Below, piece by piece: positions 1 through 12,700 of a stretch of DNA of 64,000 bases (position 1 is its first letter; each line of letters starts with the position of its first letter). Source of the stretch: Candidatus Omnitrophota bacterium (GTDB lineage Bacteria; Omnitrophota; Gorgyraeia; Duberdicusellales; 4484-171); NCBI GenBank assembly GCA_037146775.1, contig JBAWWL010000001.1:69464-133463 (forward strand), given 5' to 3'. The position numbers were made by a program, and so were the translations under genes. Below the pieces are notes generated by a model. That model searched no databases, was not told where the DNA came from, and saw nothing but the letters and a program-made list of their open reading frames with translations.

Positions 1-1
1 C

Positions 2-754
2 GGTTTGATGCTTACCCTGCAAGACTATTTTCTTAAAAGGGCGCATTATGATTTGATACCCGAAACCATATATTATCCCGGCTATAGCAATGCAACTTAT
101 CTAGATGAATACTGCTTTTCTCGTGAATTCAGGGCAAAGCATGGAGTGGTCGATGAGGCGGCGAAAGAGATTGTGGATAGAGTTGGCCAGGATAATTTTT
201 CTAAGAAAGATAGGCCTAACCATATACCTACGGAGGCGACAGAAAAGATTGTTGCTGCAATTAATGCCTGGATTGATATAAATACAGATATAAGGTTATT
301 CCTTGACGATCTTTTGGGAAAACAAATAAATGCTTTAAGGTTACACTCAGGGCAGCCATTAGTCCTTTTTGATACCTTAGCATCAGGAAAAACAGTAATG
401 ACCATTGCGGCATATATTAGGCGGATGAGGCCTGATATTTCCGTAGATGTTATGATTGCTGCCTCCAAAAGTTACTTGCCTGGCGTTATGCATAAATATG
501 GAGGTATTGGCGCAGCGATGTGGGAACCGGTATGGCCGTTTTTCTTTGATGGCTTTGATGAAAATGGGCTTGTGCAGTTTTCTCAAGATAGAATTGGGAG
601 CAATATATTTGATTTTCTTTTATTTGCCATGCTTAGCTATAACCGTTCATTGATTGGTCAAGACTCTGAGTTAGAAGGAAGAATACTTAATGAAGCCCGA
701 GTGACTTATGGTGATAAATGGCAATTCCTTTTTCCTGAAGCAGAAGGAAGCGTT
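2..754 (+). other. Module: phosphoribosyltransferase-like domain (N-terminally truncated)
   Basis: LVLFDTLASGKTVMTIAAYI resembles the PRPP-binding loop (hhhhDDhhxSGxT). The module ends at VSSP (755). Confidence 0.4.
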
Positions 755-3700
755 AGCTCTCCCTTGCGCTCTGCCGGCGATGATAGATTTAAACTTTTAT
801 ATCAGGCAGCTAAAGGCGCGCAGAGCGATTTTGGCAGTCTTTATTGGGAAATTCTTGATGTGTTTAGAAGGAGAACTTCTTTTGATAGAATGACTGATTG
901 TAAATATGTAGATGGAGCTCTATCGTTTGTTGACCGGCAGATAATTTTCCCGCTTCTATATCGACTTGAAGAAAACCGTGAGTCCCCGGTTGCCTTAACG
1001 CCTGATGAGGTATTTGAGTATTTTTGTAGAATTAGCGAAGCAATCGATGTTATATCCGGCTTATACGCGCAGGTTCGCTGGGATAAAAATATTTCTCAAA
1101 CTGCGGCCTATGAATTAAATTTTGACGATGGGCCTTTACATAGAATCATTGAAAAGGTGCTACTACCGTTACAAAGAGCTTTGAATCGCCATTGCGCGTC
1201 TTCGCCGTTTTTATCATCAAGTGAAATCGACAATTTTTATTCTCCCAACAATGCTTTTGGGGAGGGTAATTTATTATCACGCCACCATCAGGCAGATTTA
1301 ATTATTGAGGTTTTCCCTAAGACCATAATAAAGAGAGGAAGTGTCTATAGAAAGAAGGGCTGGCAGGAGACTTTACCAATAGACTTAGCGTCACAAAACG
1401 CAGATAAAATCCGCTCGGCAATACAGACTTTGAATGATATTACGTCGGCCGATAGCGACATAATAGCAAGAGCCCGTAGGTTTGAAGAGGAAGTTACCGT
1501 GGTAGAGGTAGCTATGCCGGGCCACTTCTTGCTTTACGGAAGGGACGAGCAAAGCCAAGCTTATTACCAGGTAACTCACATTGGCAAGGAAAGTAAAATA
1601 CTTTATATTCCGCGAATGTTTTTGGAGGACATAGAGTACCCTCAATATATTGCTACAGTTTTGCATCATGACCAGATGGAAATAGAAGATTATTCCGCCA
1701 TGATTGCAGCGGGCAGAATCATTACTTATACGGTCGTGGAGGAAGCCCATCAGCGGGCTTTGGGGGTAGATCCTTTCGGAGTTTATACAAAAGTTATCAC
1801 ACGATGCGAGCGCATGATGGCAGTGAGTGATATGTTTACTACGAGCTTAGCAAGAGAACAAAGAAAAAGCGTGCGTAGGCAAATTGTAGAAAAGGTAAAT
1901 CAATTAAAAGCAGTTAGGCTAGCAGATCAAAAATCAAGAAAAACTCTTCCCGAAGAAAGATTCCTCTTGGCGGATATATCAAAATTGAACATTCAACTAG
2001 CCTGTCTTTACGAGATTGATGATAGCCACAATAAGGCAGCAAGGCATTATAAGTTAGCTATCGAGACTTTAAGCGTCATTAAAACAGATGCAGAGATTGA
2101 TGTTGGTTTCCTTCCTTTGCAGATTCACACGCGTTTAGTGTATATTTTAGCACGGCAAAAAATGTTGAGCGATCTAAGAAGAGAATTCAATAATTTTGCC
2201 AAGCTGAATATCGGAAGAGCGATGAATGATGCGGAAAGAGTTCTTTTTACTCTTTATATGGATCGCAATTTTGAAGCTGTAAAAATGACGGTCATTGAAA
2301 TTTTAACGCGGCACCTTAAGGCGGCGCAAGAAGATAGAAAACCCGCCTTAGAGCAGTGGCGGATATCTCAGGCTATAAAATTTATACAAAGATGTAACTA
2401 TGCTCCTCCGACAAATAATGGTACCCCCAGTGCTTCCTCGGCGGTTAATAATTATTTTTCGCAATTACACAGGCTGTTATCGCCAACCTTTTTATTAACC
2501 AGGAAAAGTTCAAGTTCACGACTTGCTACGAGCTACTCACGGCTAAACTTTGCCAGCTCGCCGCAGAGCCTTGGTGATAGCGGAAGATATAATGGAGAAA
2601 TTGTCTTGGATCTTGGAGAGCCGCAGGCAGTGGATAGATATTTCATGAGAGAACTCAGATGTCTTGAACAGGCTAAAGTATCTTTCCTTGGACAGCTAAA
2701 AAATGCCTTTCGCAGAGGCTTTTTCCACGAGACATCAGCTTTGATAATAATTGATTTAGATGATAATTATTTAAGATTTGACGTTGATTTAACAAGGAAA
2801 TTTTTGAGAATAGTTTCTCAACAAGGAGAGCATAAGGTAGGCCTCCTGCTAAAAGGCGAATTTATCCAGCAAGGCCCGATGCCCCAAATATTAGTGCCTT
2901 ATGCTGATGTCTGGGTGGCGAGTGGAGATGGAGAAGTTACCCCACTCCTTAAATATATTGGAAAATTTGTAGACGAAAGATCAATCGTTGATTTAACATC
3001 CGAAGAATTGGATGAAGAGTTCCTGGCTAAGGTTTTTGATGGTATTGAAACCGCAGGCATTATGGGAAGGACTTTATTGGAAAGATGCATAAGAAAGCCT
3101 GTTTACTCAAAATTAGTTAAGGCGAGAATTAGGCAAGTGCAGATAACCCTCTTAGAGGGGATATTGGGAGATTTTTATTGGGATGTTCGTCCAATGGTCG
3201 CTTACGAAAAAGAGAGGGCCGGTATTGAGTGGCATACGCATCGTTTTAACAAAGATAACCACCTTAGTTTAGTTGACATAATTCATTGGGATAGGCCTAA
3301 TAAAGCAAAAATAGTTGTTACTGAAACAGCAGATGGCCAATCTTACAGGTTAGGGTTATATCGCCCCAAAAGTCGTAACGCCGTTAAGTGTGCGCGTAAA
3401 GATTATGATGCCCTTATAGATAGACTGGGCATAGAAGCTGCAGTGATAAATGAAGAAATACCCGAAACATATTTTTATAAACGTTATCTTAACCTTTTGG
3501 AAAGAGACTCGACTCAAGGTAAGGTTTCCTCGGCGGTAAAAAAATCCCGCATCGGACAAATCGTGGATTCATCAGCTAATTTTTCTTCAAGTCCAATCAG
3601 GAAGAAGCGCAATCAAGGTAAGGTAAAAAGAGATAAATCAACAGAAGAGTTTGAGCGTAAGCTTTTAGAAGCTAGGAGATTTTTGTGGCGATTGTCTCTG

Positions 3701-6700
3701 GTAGTTACTATTATTTTTGTGCCGATTATGTTATCGGTTTCAGCTAAAACTGCTTCAATTCTGGGTATAGCCATTGCAACAGTAAGCATTATTCTTGTAC
3801 TTACCAAATATATTCCGGCCTTACGGGCAGAGCATAAATGGGTTCTGGCCAGCGGTGTCAATGCCGCAACGGTTCAAGCTAATTGGTTTATCCGATTAGT
3901 GCGCAGCACCCAGCGTTTATTTACGGCGCTTACCTTGAGGCTAGGCATGGCAGTTGCCCGTTGTACCGGTGCTCGCGCGAAAATAGAAAATGAAATTAGA
4001 TTAAAGATTGCACAAGAGATAGCCGAAACCAGAGCTTCTCTTGAAGCCACATGCCAGGAACTTGCCAGGATACGTCAAGATTTAGATAGAGAAAGGCTGG
4101 AACTAGAGCAGGCGCGTACACGTCTTGATCAGGATAGACGTGATTGGGATAAGGCGCGCGCGGTAAGAGAGAAGGAAGTTACTCAGGCTCGTCAGACGCA
4201 AAGTGCTGCTGACCGGGCTTCCCATGCCGCTTGTGAGGCGCAAGAATCATTAATCCAGGCGCAAACAGAATGGGATAGAAGAAGACAATTAGCAGAAGAT
4301 GGTATTGCTCGGAGAATGCAGCAGCTAGCCTTACAGGAAGAAGAGTTAGTAGAGAGAGAAAGGCGACTTAGCGATGGGCAAGTAGATTTAATAAGACAAG
4401 AAGCAGCATTACAGCAAAAGGAAGAGGATTTAGAAAGGCGTCAACGCGCCGCTCAACAAGATTTAGATAGTCGGCATAACCGCCTTCGTCAGTGGATGCG
4501 ATCTCTCTTACGTCAAGGCAGATTCTTGGATCAAAAAAGAGCCAACGTGGATAGAGAAGAGCGAGAATCATTAGCTAGGGCAGAGGCTCTCAGGGTGCGT
4601 CAGGAACAATTATACCGACAGGAAGAATCGATTCGAACACAAACCAGAGAGCTTCGAGCTATGCAAGATATACTCATGCAGGATTTAGCAAATCTTACCC
4701 GCGAGAGGATTGCTTTAAGCGAAGAGGAACTTTCGCTTTCAGCTCGTTATGCCGAAATTGACTCTAGGATAGCACAGCTTAATACAAGGATTGCTTTGCT
4801 TGAGAGTATGCTTGGCCAGTGGCGCGAGGCAAGAAATTGGTTATTAAGCGAACAGCGCAAGCTAGACGAACAAGAAGATTCTCAAGGTGCGCAAGCAAGC
4901 CGCCTGCAAGCTTTAGCTGATGAGTTAACTCAGCGAGAGCAAGATTTAACCCGAGGTTTTTCTGATCTCGCCGCTTGGTGTACGCAGATGGAAAGATTGC
5001 AACAAGATCTTTCTCAGCGAGAGTCATTGCTTGTTGAGCGGGAAGCCCGGGCGCGAGACATTGAGGAAGGACGTTTACCTAAGGCTACAGATGAACTTAT
5101 CAGATTATTTGTTGAATGGCAGCAAAGAATCGCTATCGACCATACTTGTCTTTTTGAAAGAGAAGGTTTATTAATCCAAGAAATATTATCAAGTCTGCGC
5201 GCTGCAATATCTCTTTCTGCACGTCTTTCTGTGCTGGATTTTGTTCTACGAAACAGAATGCATGAAGCGGTAAATACGCTCTTAATAATTATTGTCGATA
5301 AACTCGATGAATCGTTTACCAGCGCATTATCTTCTACTGAAGAAGAAAACGTTATTTCTTTGTCGCGATTGATTGCGCCGGCATTATTAATCGTGGAGGG
5401 TATATCAGAACTCAGGCCAGCAGTAGATGGGGTTGGTATAGTCATTCCGCAAACATATACCGGTTTCCCCGCACGGATTTTAAGAGCACAGCGTTTTATC
5501 GAGGAGCGTTCGTATAGATTTGCCCAAGAGAGCCGTGATATTACAACAGAGGTAGAAAGTAACGAGGCATCTCTTACTAAAGGCCAAGCCTTAGTAATTA
5601 CGCATCGATTTAGCCGCCGACGCATTGTTTTAGAATGGAATGGTGAAACTGAATTTGTGACTTTTAGTCCAAAGCCGCTGGTTAAATTCACTCTTCATAC
5701 TCCTCTTGGCCTATGTCTTGTAAAGGGCCAGGAGTCGTATTGGTCTCGAGCTCACCAGCACCGCCCGCCTTTATCGCTGCACCAGAGACTTGCTAATCAC
5801 AGAAGACTTACCACAAGTGCTTCGGATACCGCTTCTGGAGTTTATAAAGAAAATGGCGTTGAATGTCTTAATCAGGCGAAAAAAGAAGGATCGTCTATAT
5901 ATATTTTTATAGACGATATGATTGAAGAATCAATGAACCACGGAATTGCCTTTTTGATTGACGAAATGGTGTGGCTATTGCGTTTACACTTATTAAGGAT
6001 GAGCGATGACTCTCAAACAGTTTTTGTTAGCGTGCATGACCCATATAAAATGTTTGAACAGCCATTAGTTATTACTAATGCTCGTGAGAGTTCATCTCCT
6101 TTAAGACAAATTATCGCTTCCCGGTCAGATTTTAGCGTTGAAGAAATAGCGGCGGTATCAAAAGTTTCTGCTTACGCTTTAGCCGGCCGTGATTTTGACC
6201 CGGCAAGAGCAATGTATTATATACCATTTTTACGCTTCCGGGCCAAAGAAACAGGTTATGCTAATGTGGTTAGTTATGTGCAAGCAATGACAGGGGGAGG
6301 CTCTTTATTACCGAAAGAGAGAACTGTGCGAAGGGAGCGAGATTATCTTTATGGCTGTTTCAATGGCTCTTGGGATGCGCATCCAGGCACATCCGGACCG
6401 GGCTTTGAAGAAAGAACTAAGAGGTTTCTTCTACAGCACATTAGAGATCTTTTAGGGCAAGGCAAGCAAGGAACTGGGAAGGTTATCCTTAAAGATATTG
6501 GTCCAGGCCGCGGTAAAATTATACCTCCGGAATTAGTACCATTGCTAGAATATTTAGCCAAGTTTATCCGTAGCCCTACAGGATGGGAACTGGTTATATA
6601 TGCCTATGATGTGCAAACCAGCCATTTGTTGGATTTAGAAAACCTATTGCTACAGCAACGTTTTCCTTTCGGTACAGTCCGGCTTAATTTTAGATATGCT

Positions 6701-9700
6701 GATTTAAGAGATAATAAACAGTTCCGCTATATTTGCCAGGAGCAAAGTGACATAAGTATCTTCCGTAACATCCCTGCGCCGCAAAATGCCCGGCAGCGGC
6801 AATATTTGCGTGATTTATTAAGAAGCCGGATTTCTTCTGGTGGTTTTCTCGCCTATAAAGTTTGTCAAGGAGAAGAACAGATTCTGGGTCCGATTGGAAT
6901 CGATCTCTCAGTTCCGTTTCCGAGTCAAAATCGCTTCAGCTTATTGCCAAAATTTAGTATCGGCAGTTTATTATCGTGGTTGCATGCCAGTTCTAGCCCG
7001 TTACAACAGCAAGTAGAAATAGAGCCGGTTAGGAGCTATCTGGCTAAATTAGTACTTAGTCATCCCGTTATTGGTCGTAACGACAGATTACGTAGTTTCT
7101 TTATGACTGCTATCCACCGAGTGAAAGAATATCCACATTTTGAAAAACTAAATCCTCAAGAAATCATAAGACGACCTTTATTTATTATGTTTTATCCTTC
7201 ACCCAGAAGAGATATGGATAGGTTAATCATTCCATATAATGTTGTTTCTTTAGCAAGTGCATTAGCAGCAAAAGAAATTAATGTAGTCTTGGCGCCCATG
7301 CCGGAAGAGTTTGCTGCTCCGCCATATTATCGTGAAAATCAAGTTAATGTAGAGCGCAGTTATCCTTTCTTGCACGATTGGCTGGTTATGCTCGTTCAAC
7401 GCTATGTAGATATATTCCGGGCATTTGGCTTGAGTAGCGATGAAGCAATGGAAAAAATAAATATCGGTATTTCTATGTTTGATGCCACTTACTTGGAAGG
7501 ATTAGCCTTAATTGAAATTACACGAAGAATTTTACCTAAAATACGTGTATTTGCCGGTGGCCCGCTCGTTTCCGCCGAAGGAGAAGCAAAAACAGCCCTT
7601 AAAGAAATGATGCATAATATGCGTCCTCATGGGCCAAATGTTTTGATTAATGGAGAAGCCGAGGAATTATTACCCGAAGTAGTTTGGAAATTAGATGGTT
7701 TAGCCGCCGATAAAGCTATTAGCGAATTAACCGCTCATCAATTTGATGATAAACAAGGATTAGCTTTAGCTTTTGCTGGCAGATGCTATGAATTTGGCTT
7801 TGAGAGGAAAAATTTTATTCCGCAATTCCGTATGGATACTTTGAGTTTTTATCCGGAATTTGTCGCTGAAGACGTGAATATTCTTTATGTCCCGGAGCGA
7901 GGCTGTCGGCGTAATCCGCGCTGCAGTTTTTGTTCTTTCACTATGGTACCGGGTGTACGTATGCCTCAATCCGAAAAAATCGTGCGTGAATTACGAGATA
8001 TCGACAGAGTTGTGGGCGAGTTTAAACAGGATTGGAGGGCAGGTGTTTTAAGCGGCAACTTTAGAAGTTTATATGATTTTCCGCTTTCAAGAGTAGACAG
8101 AGAATTTGTTTATCAGTTTAGCTGTGCAGTTTTAACAGAAATTACCGGCGATATACAGGCGTTAGGTGTTTTACCTGCTAATATTGCTCACCATCTTAAT
8201 TTTTGCAGGCAATCTGGGTATTTGGCACAGCTTATTCAAATAGCTACCGCGCTACATTTGCACTATCGAGTTGATATGTTGGTTATCCTGACAAACCTGG
8301 TAGCAAGTAATATTCTTTGTGAGAATAAAACACGATTAATCATAGAAGATGATAGCTTTTTACAGAGAAAAAGAATAGCTATGGAAGTAATACAAGCGCT
8401 TAAGACAGAACCTTTAAAAAACATATGTTTAATAGCTTTTCAGGCTCACTTGGCTGATTTCAATAAAGCGGGATTTGAGGGCGATGTTGCGTTAGCTCAA
8501 TTAGTGAGTGAAGTATTAAAAGACCTAGATCAGAGTATAGTAACTGGCTTAGAAAGCGGCAGTAATAAAAATTTAGGCGATTGGGGAAAAGGCTTTGATT
8601 GGCCATGGGCTTACCAACGTATTCGGTGGCTTGACGAGAGAAGTGTCCATGTTGCATTGAATATAATTATTGCTGGAGAAGAAAATGTTCCTCAAGAAAT
8701 AATCGAGTCTTTAGGTAATTTAGCCTATTTACTTTTGAGTACTCAATATGTAACTATTGCCTATGTGGCTCCTTTTGTGATGCCTTTAAGAGGTTCAAGA
8801 CTAGGAAGGAATTTTGACGCACGCAATCATTCCTGTGCTTTAGCTTGCGGTTGGGCAGAGAGGTATTTAGAAAAACCCATAGTTCTTATGGCTTTCCCTC
8901 GCGATGAAGTAGCATTAAGAGTGCTTATAGCGTACGAAGCAGATTTGAGGTCTTGTGCCGGTGCCTCAAGGGCTGAAACAGTAACAATTTTTAGGCGAGT
9001 CATGCAGGAATTAAGAAACACAGCGCGTCATGTGCAGCACCCGGATTTAGCTTTAATCGAAAGGGTATATAATGAAAAAGAAGAAATAGTTGTTAGCGTT
9101 TCTAGCCCTCTTAAGGGAACGCTATCCCAGTTAGGGGGGGATACCTGGAATATTGTTTCTTCCTCAATAGCGGTGCAAATTAAAAAAATTATTAACGAAA
9201 TAGAAATTAGTAATGATGATTCGCAACAAAAACGAAATGCTGAACAGTTGCAGCAGATTCTTCCTCAGGATACTAACCTAAAGCTGACAACTATCCAGGT
9301 GAGTATATTGATAAATGCCATAAAAAGAGCTACGGAGCATTATGCGCGGTTTAGCCTTGCTGAAGCTTTAGGCCAGGCAATACGTAACAATCCTATTTTA
9401 GTAGAAGAAACAATTATGGTTATCGGCCAATGCCAAGATTCTTCTGAAGTTTACTATTTTTCTCATGCCCTGCAAAAAGCTATGGAAAATAATTTAAGTA
9501 TTAAATTCTCCTTGCCTCAGGCCGGTATCTTGGTTGATGTTATTGTCAAGTTTGCTTATGCGCCTGTGCGTTTATTGCTTGGCCGTTGTTTGTTCCAGGC
9601 GCTGCAAAATGATTTGTTTCTAAAGCTTACAATTACACAAATTAAGTCATTACTTGAGGTCAGCAAGTTACCGGATACGCCGGATGCGCTCGTTTCTGTC

Positions 9701-12700
9701 TTAGGTCAAGCTTTCAAAAACGATCCTTCGCTGAAACTTGAGGTACCGCAAGTGCAAATTCTAGTTGATGGGCTTAAAAATGCAAAGCGTGACGATTTAC
9801 GGTGTAGCTTCTCCTTTGCGTTAGGCGTGGCAGCCATCAATCACCATCCTTTAGTTGCAACTATCATTGATGCTATCGATGGCTGCGATGATAATATGGC
9901 ATGTTACCGTTTCGCCAATTCCTTGGACCAGGCTTTAAGCAGCGACCGTTCTGTAGTGCTTGGTGATGATCAGGCACGTGTATTGGTTAAAACGTTAAAA
10001 CGTATATATGCTGCAAGTCATGTGCAGAGAGAAGCTTTACCTGGGCATATCGGAACTTTAGTTCGCTCTACACCGAGGGTTCAGGATGATAATATTGAGT
10101 TTATGTTTGTCACTGTTTTAAGCCGAGCGGTTTTTAATCGGCATGATTTATTTGTATTTTTGAGCGAGGTCATAGAATATCTATTAAGCATAGATATGCA
10201 ATATTTATTAAGACTTGTCGATGCTATTCATGCCGAAATTCTGTCTTTGTGGCTTGTGCCCGATAAAGTTTATGTTTATGTACAACTATTCTTGGCAAAA
10301 ACCGATTTAGTAACTGCAAAAATCCTGCTTTCAAAATATTTCGAGAAGTGTCCGCAAAACAAATTTGCTTCAAACTTAGCCGAGCGCGGTGATTATGACT
10401 GGCCGCTTATTTTAAGCACCATCGAACAGAATCTACTCATGCAGCCATGCTATCGTGATGAATGTGTGGCAGTAGTTACCAGCGCCGAGTACGACCAGCA
10501 GAAGCTCTTGGCGGTGATGCTTAAGCAAAGAGTCTATTGCGCTGATGCCAAACAGCGAGGGGTAGTGCCTTTGCCTGTTCTTTATACCGGAATCACCCTT
10601 TCCAATCTCAGCCAATATCTTGGCTATTATACCTTAGTCTGGGAAGAATTCAGGCAATTCATGGATGTTAACCATGGCTGGTTTCACCAGAATCCCGGCG
10701 CTTTTCTCCAAGATCCGGCAAGAGAAAACCTCAGACCGGCTAAGGCGTCAAGCGCGATAGATGCCAGCACACAAGTTCAGGGATATATCACTACCATAGA
10801 GATCGCTGCTACTAATAGCCAAATAATGACCGCCGCTCATTTTCTGATAGTCTTACTCAAAGAGCGGGAAGCTCTTACGTTAAGCCTTGCGCAAGCTAGA
10901 ATAGTTTTAGCTGCTTTTAGCCGCGTAAGTTATGATACGGAAGCCGGTTACTATCTTGCCTATGTTTTACGTACTGCTCAAGAAAGAAATAGTACTATCG
11001 TCTTTTCGCGTGACGAAGCTAAAATATTTGCTAAAGCCATCGGAGAACATCCGGAAGCCAATACCCGCACTATGCTGTCTTTTGCTTATGGCCGGGCAAT
11101 ATCTCGCGGTCCGCCGGAATTATTAACAGATTTATCCACTGCCCTTGAAGAAATCCAAGATGCCACCGCTATTAGATATTTGGTTTCAGCCTTTGAGGCA
11201 GCGCTAGAAAATAACACTTCCATTATCGTTTCAGGGGAAACAATGGATATTCTAATCAGCGTCAATAAGAGGCTAAAAAGCTCCGATACAACTTTAGCTA
11301 AAGTATTAGGTCAAATAATCATCCGTAACCCCGCATTACGGGAAAAATTGATTAATGCGATTAGGGGAAAGCAGGAGTCAGAGGTACGCTTTAATTTAGC
11401 GTATGCTTTACATAATGCGCTTGACACCAGTATCAGCATTCAACTTCCTGACAATGAAATTAATATTTTGGTCGATATTTTAAGAGGAGATACAAAGACA
11501 GATGAACGTTTATGGTTAATATCTGCCTTAGGCGTGGCTATTGTTAATAATCCTAAGCAGGTTGCTTTATTGATTACCGCTATTACAGATACAAGAGAAA
11601 ACAAAAAACGCTATCATTTAGTTTCTTCCTTGCATGCCGTCCTTAGTAAGGGAAAAGCCATTTCGCTTATATATACGCAAGCCGCTGTTTTATTGGAAAT
11701 TATTAAAGGAATTAATGAAGTAGATATACGTTCACGTTTTGCTGCCACTCTGGCTTTAGCTGCGGCTGACAATCAAGAGCTTGTCGCGCTGCTTAATCAG
11801 GCGCGAGATTATCTTATAAATATAAATGATTCTGATAGCATTATCGAAATCGTTAAGGCGCTTACTTTCAAAGCGCTTACCCATCAAAAAGCTGCCTGGT
11901 TTACGGTTCAGGAATTTTATTTCTATTTAATATTTTTAATGAGAAAGGCGCGCATAAATGAAGTAAAAGATCTTGCTAAACAATATCTTACTGCTTACCC
12001 CCGTACAGATTTTCATACCCTTGAGGCTACGCAAGAACAATCCGATTGGGTGCTTATTTTAAGTACTATCGATCGCCCTTTGCTCATGCAGTCATGTTAC
12101 CGCGATGAATATGTAGCGGTAGTAGTGAGCACCGAGCACGAAGAGCAGAAATTTTTAGCGGTAATGCTAAAACAAAGAATTTACTGTGATGATGCGGCTA
12201 CCAGAGGGGTGTTACCCGCGCCTATTCTTTATACCGGCATAACTCTCTCAAACCTTAATCAATACCTGAGTCATTACACTTTAATCTGGGAAGAGTTTAA
12301 GAGGTTTATGGATGCTAACTATGTCCGGTTCCACCAGAATACCGGCGATTTTCTTCAAGATCCGGCAAAAGAAAATCTAAGGCCAGTTAAAGCGTCAAGC
12401 GCGATAGAGCTAACTTCAGGGGAATGGGTAAAGAGATTCTTGGAAGCTGAGACAGAAGAAAAAAAGCTTGGCGTAATTCGTGAGCTAGGAATCGCTGCTT
12501 CTCAAGGCAGCCAACCCGCTGCTGAGGCACTTAAGGAAATAATTACTTCTCAAGTCTCTGAAAGTATAAAAAAAGCAGCAATCGAAGCATTGGCAGAGGC
12601 TATTGAGCGTGGCAGTCCGTGCGCCGTCACCGTCATGGAAGAGCTCGCTGATACTTTTAAAATAATAATCACCTCCCAAGCTTCTATGAGCATAAGCGCA

